A stretch of 64,000 bases of DNA from Eledone cirrhosa (lineage: Eukaryota). The stretch covers positions 324,880,001-324,944,000 of the forward strand of contig OZ024743.1 of NCBI GenBank assembly GCA_964016885.1, given 5' to 3'. A program made the position numbers and the translations under genes. Position 1 is the first letter of the stretch; each line of letters opens with the position of its first letter. A model generated the notes under the pieces. The model searched no databases. It was not told the origin of the DNA and worked only from the letters and a program-made list of their open reading frames with translations. Positions 39,320 to 52,689 of this stretch are shown piece by piece.

Positions 39320-39900
39320 CACCAACACTACCACACTAAGTGGTAGTGTTGGTGTCATGGTAAAATACACTTTTATTATGGAACCAGCACTCACTTTAAA
39401 GGGTGGAATGAGTGCTTGTTATCATGGCACCAGCACTACCACTTTACAAAGTGTACAGGGTGTATTTTATTGTGTCACCAGCATTATCACTTTACAGAAT
39501 TAACAAGGTGTATATTATTGTGTCATCAGCATTACCACTTTTCACCAGCATTACGACTGTAAAGTGGTAATGCTGGTGACACAATAATATACACCTTGTT
39601 AATTCTGTAAAGTGGTAATGCTGGTGACACAATAAAATACACCCTGTACACTTTGTAAAGTGGTAGTACTGGTGCCATGATAACAAGCACTCATTCCACC
39701 CTTTAAAGTGAGTGCTGATTCTATAATAAAATGCACTCATTCCACCCTGTAAAGTGAGTGCTGGTACCGTGGTAAAATGCACCCAGTACACGCTGTAAAG
39801 TGACATTGCTGGTACCAAGGTAAAATGCAGTTAGTTCACTCTGTAAACTAGTGACAGTGCTGGTACCATAATAAACTACACCCAGTACACTCTCAGAATG
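39320..39900. repeat. ~41-bp array derived from the RTE 3'UTR, with an internal inversion; similar arrays at 37505-37800, 48540-48900 and 62270-62420
   Basis: Units resemble CACGACAAAAAAGCACCCAG..CACACTGTAAAGTGG of the LINE/SINE tail. Confidence 0.8.
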
Positions 39901-42884
39901 TGACAACCTATCTTATCCATGCCAGCATGGAAAACCAATGTAAAACGGTGATGATGGTAATGATTATGATGATGATGGTGGTGATGGTGGTTGCAGTGGT
40001 GATGAGGATTGTGGTAGTGATGATAATGATGATAATTGTTTCTACGTTAGGCACAAGGCCAGCAATTACCCAGTGTATTACTGGTACTTTATTTTATCGA
40101 CCCCGTAAGGATGAAAGGCAAAGTTAACCTCGGCGGAATTTGAACTCAGAATGGAAAGGGCCGTAACTCTATACGTCAAAGCATGGCGTCCGACCCTCTA
40201 CCGATACTGCCAATCCACCATGATAATGACGATGAAGAGTGCGATGATGATGATGATGATAATAATAATAATGGTAATGATGATGACGTATGTTCATGAC
40301 CAACATAATTTTCGCAAAACTTTATATAAAACAAAAATTGATTTGAGAGAGAATTTATTCATTTAGAAGAAGAAAATGAAATATATTTCTTATCATACTT
40401 TATTTTGCTGAATCCCAGAACTTTTTCATGGTACATGGTACACTAACTTACTGCATTTCTAAGGGCACAAAACCTAAGCAAATTCTACTTATGATTCAAC
40501 ATAACCACCACCACAGCTACCACCATCATCATCATCATCATCGTTATAAACACCAGCATCACTGTCATAATCATCACTGTCATAATCATCACCATCATCA
40601 TCAACACCATCATTATCATCAGTATCACCACCTTCCTAACACCAACCTTTTTACAGAGTGCATGTACTGAGTGCATTTTATCGCAGCACCAGCACTAAAA
40701 ATGTTGTCACGGTCTTGATGTGGCTGAAAAGCCCAGTCAAACCTCTATGGCATGGTTTCTATGACTAGATTCTTCTTCTTTAATACATCCATTACCGGTG
40801 CCATGACGAAGTTCCTCCCCAGCTCATCCTCTCTAGCATTGACTTTTGAATTTTCTCTGCCTCTGACTTGGTGTCATCTTCAAGAACATCCTTCAGTCGT
40901 TGGTCTCCCAACTCCTATGCACGCATCAGGTTTCCAGAAAAGAACTCTGCCAACATGTTCATTATAATGTTTCACATGTTTGGTTTATGGGAGCCTCCTG
41001 TGCCTTGTGATGACAGAAAGGCGATGGTAGGAACCGTAGAGCAATTCATTTGCTACATGTTTTCCAGGATATATTCTGGACTTCTCTCAGCATTAGCGTG
41101 AATGTGCCATTAGTCCTCTATATGAATGTTTTTGATAGGGTCCATGACTCATACCTGTAGAGGAGAATGGACTCAACCATTGCTTGGAGCCTTATTTTCA
41201 TTTTCTTTTACTTCTTCTTTACTTTTAGATCAAGAAAACATGACTAGATGCTCTTCCTAGTGACAACCTCTTTACCCACACATTCACATCTATCTATTTT
41301 GCTGACACTGGAACTATATCCATCTGTTAAAATGTTGTTTAAACACTTTTTTGTAAAAATAGACAGTAAATTACTTAATCAATAAGTCATCCTGGCTTAA
41401 TCCAAACAAACTAGTATTAAACACTAAACATAGTTTACTTATCTGTCTCAAGTAGTTGTAACTATTTGCACTACTGCTCCCAAACTGAATATATGTAATA
41501 CTAATATAGAAAGATATACAACTTCTAATCCTCTCTTAGTTCAACAAATAGTCGCTAAAATTAAGTAGACTCAACAGTTTATTTGGTTACTATTTAATCA
41601 TGGATGGAAAGATTAGGCTCATGTGTCCACAACCCAGGGCTGTCTACTTATGAGGGAAGAAGCTGCCTTCAAACTAGAGACATGGCCCTAATGCTTACAA
41701 CAGATTTGATCCTGTTAAAGACATCCAAGAGAGAGGTGGTGGTGTTAAACAAAGCAGAGGTGATAATAGATAATGTGTGTTCCAGTTGTTTGATCAACAG
41801 AAAAGCCTGCTCATGAAAATTCCGTGCAAGTGGCTGAGCATTCCCCAGACCAGTGTACATAAGATACAGCATGGCACAGTGTGTGACAAGGCTGACATTT
41901 TGAATTACAGGTACAGTTTATCCAATGGGCATCCAAACAGTTTCTGTCTACCCAATTTCACTCACAAGGCTTGAATCAACCTGAGGCTATGGTAAATGAC
42001 ATTTTCTCAAGATGCCACACAGTGGAATTGAACCTGAGACATCTTAATAATATAGCCATGCTGTGTCTACTAAACAAGGCCACAGATTAAGTTTACCACT
42101 AATGTAGACCACAGCATGATATGATCTCAGAACACAAAGAGCTGTAGAAAATACTAACACTCTAAAAATTTCACCAATTCAATAACTGAGATTTCTACTT
42201 TTATTTTAGTCTTCTCTACTTCTTCTTCACCCACTTATTCCTGAGAGGGTTGTGGGGGCAGAGTCCTCAAACACTCCTTCCAGCAGGTCCTGTCAGAAGC
42301 AACAGTTTCCAACTGATCTGGCTGGAATCCCAAGCATGACCAGCCAAGCTCAAGGATGTTATCCAACCATCTTGCTCAGTCTCTTGCTAGTTGTATTTTG
42401 CCTGTAAAATCTGTCCAGCGATTCTTTCTTGAGACATTCTAACTACATGCCCATAGTATTGAAGCTGTGATCTCTCAATTCGGAGAAGTAGTGGCTCTAC
42501 CTGGAGTGACTTTCTGATCTCTTTTATTTTAGTGATCCCAAACATATGAAAGGCAATATTTATCTCAGCAGGGTTTGAGCTCCAAGCACAGGGAGCCAGA
42601 AAAAATACTGAAAGATATTTCATTTGGTGCTCTAACAACTCTGTCAATTCATTGTTATATGCTAATCAAACATGCTAATTCTCCATTTCAGTACTACCAC
42701 CTCATTAGTGGTGGGGAGTGCTGGGCAACACAGGAAAAGTACTTGAAGGAAGACATAGATGGATCTTTGGAAAGTAGGGAGGAATGGGGCAAAGAATACG
42801 AATTAGTACTCGCTCATAAAACTATCATATTTAATTACGCAATAAATATTTAAATAAAATCAAAAGAATCATCAAAATTCAATT

Positions 42885-44118
42885 TATGAGTTCTGTCAGG
42901 AAAGAAACGGGACTGGGGTTGCAAATCCAAACTACAAACTACAAGTTTTTATCTTCGAAAAAATCACCCTTGAGTCTAACACATTTTCCCATCCTTCTCC
43001 ACCATGCTTCCATGCACTCCTGGAAGGATTCTCCCAGAATTCTCCACAGCTCTGTCGTCACGGCCCTCTTGATTGCTTCAACATCTGGAAAACAGGTTGT
43101 AGCCGATGATCCATGATACATCACCGATGATGACTCACCCGGTAAGCTGTTCAAGGATGTCCTGATATCCCAGCATATGCTGCTCCTTCTGGTCATCGTT
43201 GAGCAACTTCATCTTTATCTTCATGCAGATCTTCCGCATGCCCAGATCTTTAGTGATAATCTTCCAAATTCAGTTATGGTTCATTCCCAGCTCACTAACG
43301 ATCAGTCAAAAAGTCAGTCGATGATGCCATGCACCACCTGCTTCATGCGCTCAATGTTAGCATCACTCCTACTCATTGAAGACCTTCTGCTCCTGGGGTC
43401 ATCTTCCATATCCTTTGAACTTTTTATACCACCCGAAAACCCATGAGCATGACATTGTCTAATCTCTGAACACTTGCTGCAGTATTCTGAGTGTTTCTGA
43501 CATAGTTTTCCCGAGCTGGACAAGAAACTTCAGGTTGGTTTGTTGCTATGTGCCATTGCTCAATAGGCTAAAATTGAGGAGCTGTTAACAAAAGCATGTG
43601 AAAAAACATACAATTGACTGCAGAGAACTGAGGTCACAGTTATATACTCCCTGGATATTACATCACATGGTGACATAACCTGCTAATCCTTACCCCACTC
43701 ATAGCTCACAGCATGCTAAGTCCTGTTTCTTTTCTGACATTTCATTTCATTCATTTCATTTTACGTCCGCTTTTTCCTTGCTTGCAAGGGTGGGACAGGA
43801 ACTGATTCTGGCTTGATTTCTACAGCTGGATGCCCTTCCTAACACCAACCTCATTTACAGTGAGTGCTGAGTGCTTTTTTGCCGTGGCACCTACACGACC
43901 ACTTTGCAGTGGAATGATAGGGACCACCAGTCCCTATCATCTCATTTCTACAGCTGAGTAAACTGGAGCAATGTGAAATAAAGTGTCTTGCTCAAGGAAA
44001 CAACACATCACCCGGTCTGAGAATTGAACTCACAACCTTTCGATTGCAAGGCCAATGCTCTAACCACTAAGCCATGTGTCTCCATCTAACCACTAAGCCA
44101 TGTGTCTGACATCTCATA
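42885..44118 (-). mobile_element. Internally deleted mariner transposon with a SINE nested in one TIR
   Basis: TA-flanked TIR TATGAGTTCTGTCAGGAAAGAAACGGGACT and its complement split at 43719-43740 and 44105-44118; EDDPRSRRS HTH linker; C-terminal W..RMGKCV..KGDFFE. Confidence 0.85.
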
Positions 44119-47100
44119 CAATATATAATTTTTTTATCAAATTCATAGGAGTGGAGGGGAATGAAGGGTGACTGCCAAGCACTGATGAAATATATTCTCT
44201 AAAAGGGGTGGAAGTCTGACAAAAGTTTAGAAAACTCTAATCTAATCTTGATATCTGAAATACTATCTTTGCTCTAAAAAACTGCGAAGACTTCCTTCTT
44301 GTGAGCACACCAATGTGTCTGTATTTCTCCCTTGTGTAGTTATATCTCATTTATGATATTACATCTTTGGCAAGTACAACTACATTTCCTACAAAACTGC
44401 ACCAAAAGCCTCCAGAAAATGGCTATAAATGCCATAGAAAGATATTAAAGTCACAGTGAATCACCAATGAAAAAGTCTGGTATTTGGACTATAAAATATG
44501 TGCTTAACTCTTTCATTGCCATATTTCTAATGAAAGACATTGCCATGATTTTCAAATCCTTTTAAAAATAATTAACAATTAAGAGGGTTTTACTAACTAA
44601 GTTTAAAATATAAAAATACTTGCATAAAATTACAATAGGTTTTTAGATAAATATAAACAGTTTTATATCATGGAACTTTGAACCGTTACAGGCAGTTTGA
44701 TATAAAAGGGGTTAATTAAGTTAAAGTCTTTCTTGAGTCTAGAGGCTCATCAGGTTGTTCTGGTTTCATGTGACATTAAGAAGCTCCCACCCTTTGACAG
44801 GTCAAATTGAATGGACTGAAGCAATGTGAAATGAAGTGCCTAGCTCAAGGAAATAATATGTGTTCAGTCCAGGGATCAAACATATGACCTTATGATTGCC
44901 TATCAGGCCAACACCTTAACCACTAAGCCGTCTTGTGTTTATAATCAATGCTGTCATATTTATATATGAATTTCTGAGACGAGCAATCATCATTATATAT
45001 TATGAACTGACTTGATAGGACAAATGTCCAATAACACAGTAATATAGTCAATATAACTGATGGTTAAGTGCTAAGTGTACTAGTATAGCTGGTGATCATT
45101 GGTTCAAGCCCTAGATTAGTGTATCTATATATAATCTAGTTTAAGTAGATCAAACAAACAACATATTAAGTAACTAACTAATATGAGAGTATCCCAGGTA
45201 TCGACAAGGAAATGAGGAAAATATACACCAGTGGTTTTAATAAAGGGTTTAGTTCAAAATTCTGACAACATTACAGAGGGTAATGAAGCTGGCTAGTGGG
45301 TACAACAGATAAAATGTGACTATAACAACCAAGATGATGACACTAGTCAGAATATAGTTAATTATTTATTTGATATGTTGTTTGCTTGATCTACTTAAAC
45401 TAGAGTAAATATAGATACACTAACTATCAGTGTATAATAACAATACATCTGAAGATGGCCAGTCGATACAACAGCTGAAATGTTGTGACTATAACAGCCA
45501 AGGTGATGACACTAGTCACAATATATCAGTGTATAGTAATAATAATATCTCTGAAGATGGCCAGTGGGTACAACAACAGAAATGTAGTGACTATAACAAC
45601 CAAGATGAGGACATTAGCATAACTAGTCTGAATATTTCAATGTATGAAAATAATTTCACAAATAAAAAAAATTCAACAAAATATTCTGAAGTCAAGCCCC
45701 ATTGCCGACTACACAACCACAAGACAGAATATATTCACATGCTTGTTTGACAAAAAAAAAAAGAAGAATGCTTTTCTAATTTAGGTACTCTTGGGTCTGG
45801 AATAATCATCCTGCCCTCCTCCCCATCAAACACATAAATAGAATGTAGAGATCTAGAACAAAATACTGCAAAGTATTTTGATCAATGCTCTAATTATTCT
45901 ACCAATTTGCCACCTTAATAATAATAATAATTGTTTCTAAACGTAAAAACGACGATGATGGCCATGATGATGATAGACTGCTTTTCAAGTTATAACAAGA
46001 TGTAGAGGGAGGCTGAGCAGTATAGATGAGGTGAGGAGGGGGGCAGTATTTAGTGGTGCCTGGTAGTATTTAATTACTTCAGAAGTTCAAATCCTATCAA
46101 AGTCAACTTTGTCTCAACTTTTCTGTATTGTTAAAGTATCAGTCAAGTCCAGTGATCGTTATGATCAAGAGTTCTTTCTAACAAATTTACCAATACTGCA
46201 AATCAATTTTAAATGGAGCCCTTTGAACCTCTATCAGTTTCAACGATTATTCCGTTTTTTTTTTTAATCAATGGAGCAGCCTCATTGTAAAATTAACATG
46301 CGTCTGAGAATTCCATGGACTCATACGCCCTTAACATAATTTCCAGGAAGATTCAGCATGACAAAGTGTGTGACAGGGTTGCTCTCCCCCCCCTTTCAAT
46401 TACAGATACAGTCCATCTGACAGGCTTCCAAACAGTTTCTGTCTACCCAATTTTATTCACAAGACACTTGCCCAAGATGCCACACAGTGAGATTGAACCC
46501 TGGACTGTAAAATATAACATTTTGGTTTTCTCGTCCTTTGAGTTAGGGGAAATATCTACAATTACAGAAAATGTGACAAAATTGTGGATACAGGTCAAAT
46601 AACAGTTACTTCCCTTTGAATTTTTTTTTCCACTATATTTTCACCATTTATATAGCCACCGCCCTCTCTAATTCCACATTATCAACCTCAACCTCGTGGC
46701 TGTTGCAGCGTGTGTTGCTGGCCATTGTCTGCAGAAATGCCAATACCATTTTGTCCACAGGGCGCAGCTATAACACAGCTCTGACCTAAGTATAGAGACT
46801 GTCACCCTCTCCCATTTCCCCTTTCTTTCTTCCTTTGTCTAGTAGTCCTTGCTCTTCCCCTCCTTTTCTTCTCATTTATGACATTTATAATCCTTTCCAA
46901 TATTGCTCTCTCTCTCTGTTTGTTTAACCAAATAAATATTTTTAGAGCATGAAAAAAATTTTTTTGTAAAGATATTAAAATTGTTTTATTGGAAATCTAA
47001 AAAAAAAATCTTAAATTAATCATTGTCAGCCTCAATCTCGCTATCGTCAATCTTGATTACGTTATCGTCAACTCTGATTTCATCATTAACATTAAATTGA

Positions 47101-47274
47101 TTATAGTGTTTATCAGTGGTGTTGTTCATCAACCACCATGGACAACCAGAGGAACAGAAATTCAAGTTAGAAAAGTAGTTGTGTTAAATTATTATGAAGA
47201 TCACACTGTAACTGGAAGTACCTCTGTATTAGATATTCCTCGGACAAGTGTTCAAACTATTTTTAAAATATACA

Positions 47275-48120
47275 AACAAGGTCTTAGAGTAAATTTAGCA
47301 AAAACTAAAATGTTAATAAGTAGGAAAGACTATAAGGCACCAATCCCATCAGGTAAGTGGCCTTGCTCAATATGTAGAAAAGGAGTGGTCATAAACTCTA
47401 TAGGGTGTACAGAATGTAGTGTACACAAGAGGTATAGTGGGATAACAGGAAAGGAAAACTTTTTATTCAGGGCCAATTGATAGTAAGAGTGCCAATTGTA
47501 AAATACATAATATAAACCTTTTCCAATCCCAAGAAGGATCCATAGAAGCGGTTGATAGTTTCTGCTACCTAGGTGATATAATTAGCAGTGGATGATGGTT
47601 CTCTGAGAGCATAGTAGCTAGAATAAGGACAAGATGGAAGAAGTGTTGGGAACTGCTACTGCTGCTAGCAACAAAAGGTTTCTCCCTACAAAACGCCAGT
47701 GTGTGAAGTGCCATACCGCATGGGAGTGAGATATGGGCAGTGAATGGACATGCAAAAGTTGGAGGGAAATGAGGCAAGCATGCTTCAATGGGTGTGCAAT
47801 GTTAATATGCACGAAAGACAAAGCATGGATACACTGATGGAAAAAAACTGGGTATAAGGGGAATCAGAAGTAGTGTGCAGGAGAGACGACTGCATTGGTA
47901 TGGACAAGTGATGATGATCGCTAAGTGAAGAAGTTCCACATAATCACAGTGGAAGGAAATGACAGTGGAGTAGGACCAAGGAAGACTTGGATGGAAGTGG
48001 TGAGAGAGGGGAGGGGGCTTCAGAACACTAAAGCTTATGGAAGAGATGACAAAGGAGGAACAAGTGGAGCGATACTGTACTGAAAAGGACCCATCCAACT
48101 TATACAAGCAGGGAACAACA
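47275..48120 (+). mobile_element. Older decayed RTE-like LINE; similar remnants at 28640-28945(-), 29600-30055(+), 59030-59890(-) and 63115-63510(+)
   Basis: GLRVNLAKTKML..SGKWPCSICRKGV with many stops and frameshifts. Confidence 0.85.
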
Positions 48121-50719
48121 GACATAAGTACAGGGATGTTTATCAAAACCATGCAGTACTATCCTTACCTCCAAATACACCCCAGTTCAATCCCATTGAG
48201 AATATGTTGTAAGTGGAAGAATTACATAAGGAAATGTGAACCAAGGAATATTGATGCCTTGAATATTTTGATTGACACCGGGTTGACTTTGATTACTGAA
48301 GATTATTGTGCTGGATTTTGTAGATTAAACTGATGTTAAGTGCTTTTGTTTTTGTCGTGTTGTATATATAAGACCCTCATCATCATCAACATTTTGTTTA
48401 ATCTCCATTTCCACGCTAGCATGGGTTATATGGGTTGACTCATTTAAGGTAATTTTTGTCAGGTGACCGCGTCTTGCTCATATAGAACTGTTTCTGGCTA
48501 GGTTTCTATGGCTGGATGCCCTTCCTAACACCAACCACATTTACAGTGTGTTCTGGGTGCTTTTTGTCATGACACCTACACAATCACTTTACAGTGTGGG
48601 CTGGGTGCCTTTTGTTATGTCACCATCACAACCAATTTATAGTTTGGGATGTATATATATATATATATACTTTTGGCTTGATTTCTACAACTGGATGCCC
48701 GTCCTGGCGGCAACCTCATTTATAGTGTGTGCTGAGTGATTTTTGTCGTGACACCTACACAACCACTTTACAGTGTAGACTGGGTGCTTTTTGACGTAAC
48801 ACCTACACAACCACTTTACAGTGTGGGCTGGGTGTTTTTGTCATGGCATCTACACGACCACTTTACAGTGTGGGCTGAATATGTTTTGTTCACAGTGTAA
48901 GGGTGATGCAGACAGGAGTGAGTGGAGGGAAATGAGGCAAGCATGCTTCAATGGATCTGAATGTCTGGTATCTGTATGATGCTTGCTTAGGAGGTCCTCC
49001 AGACAAGGTCCTTTCAACTGCGAAGTCGATACTTGAGGAGCTGGGTCGTAGGGGCCTTCACGTCAACATTTCCTCAACCACCCAGCTTCACATCAAGAGA
49101 CTGTTGACCTGTTCAGAGTCTTACCCCTCCATCGAGGTTCCTCCTCCATTGGCGTGGTGTTCCCTTGGGGCCCCAGTTACTGACCAAGCCTTCGAGTCCA
49201 TCTTTCAATCTAAGTTGGCTAACTTCAAGCAACTTTTAAAAAATCTCGAAGCCTCACCAAGGTTTTTTTTATTCTCCGGAATTATCTGTCAATCCCTAAG
49301 TTGTATTTCCTTATAGTGGTGCCTATACTAAAATTGATGTTCGAACATTCTATGAATTCTATGGAATTCTTCATTATGTTGACTTAAAATATATATTAAT
49401 GCATGGTGCAACAACTTTTATTATACACAACTTGTAATCCTTTACAAAACTGTTTAATATTTACGTTCTGTGACAAGTAATCACTGATATCAAAGTCTGT
49501 TGTGACGTGATTTAAGTTGACGATGACGAAATCGAAACTGGCGATGATGAGATTGAGATTAACGTTGACGAAGATGAAGATGATACTGTCAAAGTTGAGT
49601 TGGGAGGGAACCCTGCAATTTATCTACCATGTATACCAGTGTATAAGTCACATCTTTTTCAACGCAAACATGACATGAAAAATCACTCTGCAACTTCTCG
49701 ACAACATATATGATATGTTGCAAATGGTGCATGTAAAATGGACGTGCGACTTATACACGAATATAAACAGTAATTTATTTTGTTTTTGCTCATCATTTAC
49801 TCATACATGTATAGACTAAACAGATCTGAACAAGATAGCAGCAAAAGTTGAAATGAAGTTATCTCCCTTTAATTTAACATTTAAAAAAAACCCATCTTTT
49901 ACTAAATATATTATTTACAGTTCTTCATATTAATAGGACTTTCTCGTTAATTTCCATTAATCGGAATTGTAATTGCAATTCTGTTTAAGGAATACTTAGC
50001 TACGTACATTATACAATGTTTTGTTGACCAAATAACTAGAACTGTTTTTATATTACATTTAGAAACAAGTTGTTAAGACCTCTTTGTATATTTTTCATTA
50101 ATTTAAATGTTGTACGTTTTTTAGATCTGTTTTATTGCTTTTACAAATATATAAATACAATTAATTATTACTAGGAACCTCACAAATATAATGCACAAAA
50201 ATATATGATCAAAGTGAGAAAAAAGAAAGAAAGAAAAACATCCACCAATTCACCACCAAGTGCGAGAATCAGCCGCACACCACAAACGATTGGTAAATTT
50301 AAAGCTTGAGAAATATGGTCCAGCTCGCGGGGTTCTTCTTGCAAATGGCTAAATCCATCCCGGTCAGAGTAAAATAGTGAAGGTGGTTTCTGTCTCCACG
50401 ACTTCAGATGTTTCTACCATTAAGTGTTCCACATTGAACCTCTCAGAGAGTGGTCAGTTTGAGATGTTCAGACTGTCGGACAACGGGAACTAATATCGAC
50501 TTCACCAGGTTGCCAGTGGAGAAAGTATCTCGGCAAAAACACTTATTCCTTGAATCAGAAGTCGCACTAGAGTTGATACAAAATGTGACAGGCGAGAAGT
50601 AGATGTTAACGGCATATAACCATCACCAACCTGTAGTACAAGGGAGGCAACTCTGATAAAGAAATTTCTTTTCTTTCTATGTGGTTGTCACTCTATCTCT
50701 CTTTCTCTCTCTCTGCTTC

Positions 50720-51045
50720 CCTATTTTGCTATATCGATGGACCTTCCTCGGTTTCGTCGACTAGTATTCCAGTATTCGATCAACAGAACATCCTACTTAT
50801 GAAATTAAGGTTCGGGTGTCTGAGCATTCCACAAAGTATTTTCTCAGGAAAACTCAGTGTGGTACAGTGTGTGATCTTTTTTACAGGTAGAGTCTATCCG
50901 AGGGGCTTCCAAACAATTTCCATCGTCCCAATTTTCATTCTTAAGGCATAGGTTGACCCGAGGTTACGGTAAATGACACTTGCCCAAGCTGCCACATAGT
51001 GAGATCGAGCCCGGAACCTAATGATTGCGAAGTGAACTTTTCGAC
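50720..51045 (-). mobile_element. Third SINE family (CORE-like); copies at 41770-42040(-) and 46230-46500(-)
   Basis: Shared GATCAACAGAA...CCCAAG.TGCCACA.AGTG.GAT.GA.CC blocks. Confidence 0.7.
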
Positions 51046-51365
51046 CATGTCCTGTATAAGAAGACCCCTTCGGTCATGAATGACCATGGGATTTGCACCT
51101 AGAAAGTTCCCCGCCGAGGCACAAGTCTGGGCAAGGTTTGTGGAACACCAGTAGCCTCCCCTCTTCACGCCACCGCTGTTGTTCGAGGGAAAGGCAATGG
51201 CCGATGCAGATTGGCACCAGTGACATCGAAACTCATTTCTGCAGATCAGCAAACTGGAACAACGTGAAATAAAGTGTCTTGCTCAAGGACACCACACATA
51301 TAAACTATATACAGTGTTTATAATAGTTCATAACACCAGTTATACACCCTGTAATGTCTAGGTAA

Positions 51366-51757
51366 TAGACCTGCCAAACTCTAAAAACCCAATCGAGGTG
51401 TACCATGAAAAATGTGCCCCAAAACGGGGAGAAATGAGGCAAAATGGGGAGATTTTAAATAATTGTTTCTACTTTAGGCACAAGGCCAGCAAATACCCAG
51501 TGCATTACTGGTACTTTATTTTATCGACCCCGTAAGGATGAAAGGCAAAGTCAACCTCGGCGGGATTTGAACTCAGATCGTAAAGGGACGTAACTATGCT
51601 GGAAAGCATGGCGTCCGACCCTCTACCGATACTGCCAATCCACCGGGAGATTTTAAATAATGAAAGCTATACCCATTTTCACAAGAGAAAATATCTTTCC
51701 CCCACTCCAAAGTGGGTGGGAGATCTCCTCGTCCGACGGGGAGAGTTGACAGGTCTG
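51366..51757. mobile_element. Second copy of the 6-bp-TSD MITE (AGGTAA), carrying a SINE at 51464-51644 with a 17-bp TSD
   Basis: GGGAGATTTTAAATAAT is duplicated on both sides of the SINE. Confidence 0.85.
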
Positions 51758-52099
51758 AGGTAATGTCGACCTACAGTTGATATTACGTTAATGATCTTCA
51801 AAATAAATGAATAAATAAATAAATAATTGTTTTATAGCGGCTCGCCTCACCGAAGTGTCAGGTGATACCCGTGAGAGTGCCTGCTTGTTTCAACACCTTA
51901 GCCTCGCCATCAGCCGTGGTAATGCTGCAAGTGTGTTGACGTGCCTGAAAAATTTCCGTTGACCATTGTGGTGGCCAATTGTCGCACTTGGTGATGAATT
52001 GATGGTTCTTTTTATAAATAATAATAATGAAATTATTGTGTAAAGTGCTCAGGTGCACTACAACTCGTCAATATAGTACATAGAATAATACACAAATGC

Positions 52100-52485
52100 C
52101 AGGGAAGTACATGTTTGTATGTGTTAGCTGTAGTGTTGGCGGATCTCGGGAAGCATGGAGGCCTTAAAGGATGCAGTGTCTCGACAGCTAACAACTGATG
52201 CAGGTAGTTTGTTCCATGCTTCAGCAACTCTGAGCGTGAAAAAATGTTTCCGAAAGTCATGGGAACTGTGCTGTTTTCTTACTTTGTGGGCATGTCCACG
52301 TGTGTTAGACACATGGAAATCGAAAAGGCACTCAGGGTTGTTGTTGGCAACATGGTTAACAATTTTGTGGGTGTTTACCAAGTCAGTTGCCAGGCGTCGG
52401 AGCTTCAATGAATCCATGCCCAGGGAAGCAAGGCGCTCAGAGTATGGTAGATGCCTGATGGAGGGTATTCGCTTGGTTGCACGTC
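52100..52485 (-). mobile_element. CR1-clade LINE 3' end
   Basis: SLKLRRLATDL..TRGHAHKV..RKHFFTLRVAEAWNKLPASVV. Confidence 0.88.
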
Positions 52486-52689
52486 TCTTTTGTTTGTTTG
52501 TTAGTTGTTTTCTTTTTCCCTCGCTTTGATAATATATTGTTGTGCATTATACTTGTGAGGTTCTTAGCAATAATTAATTATATTAGTTATATGTGGTTAT
52601 ATCTGTGTGTTTACATTTTCATTATATACGAATACTTTGGAACTAAACTGTTTAGTCTCACAAAGCCCAACGGTGACCTGCACCTTTCG

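Noticed and set aside
50280-50632. Possible extra - strand exon after a CAG acceptor-like site
   Set aside because: Stops in all three frames, no homology recognised, and DNALI1 exons 1 and 2 already join in frame
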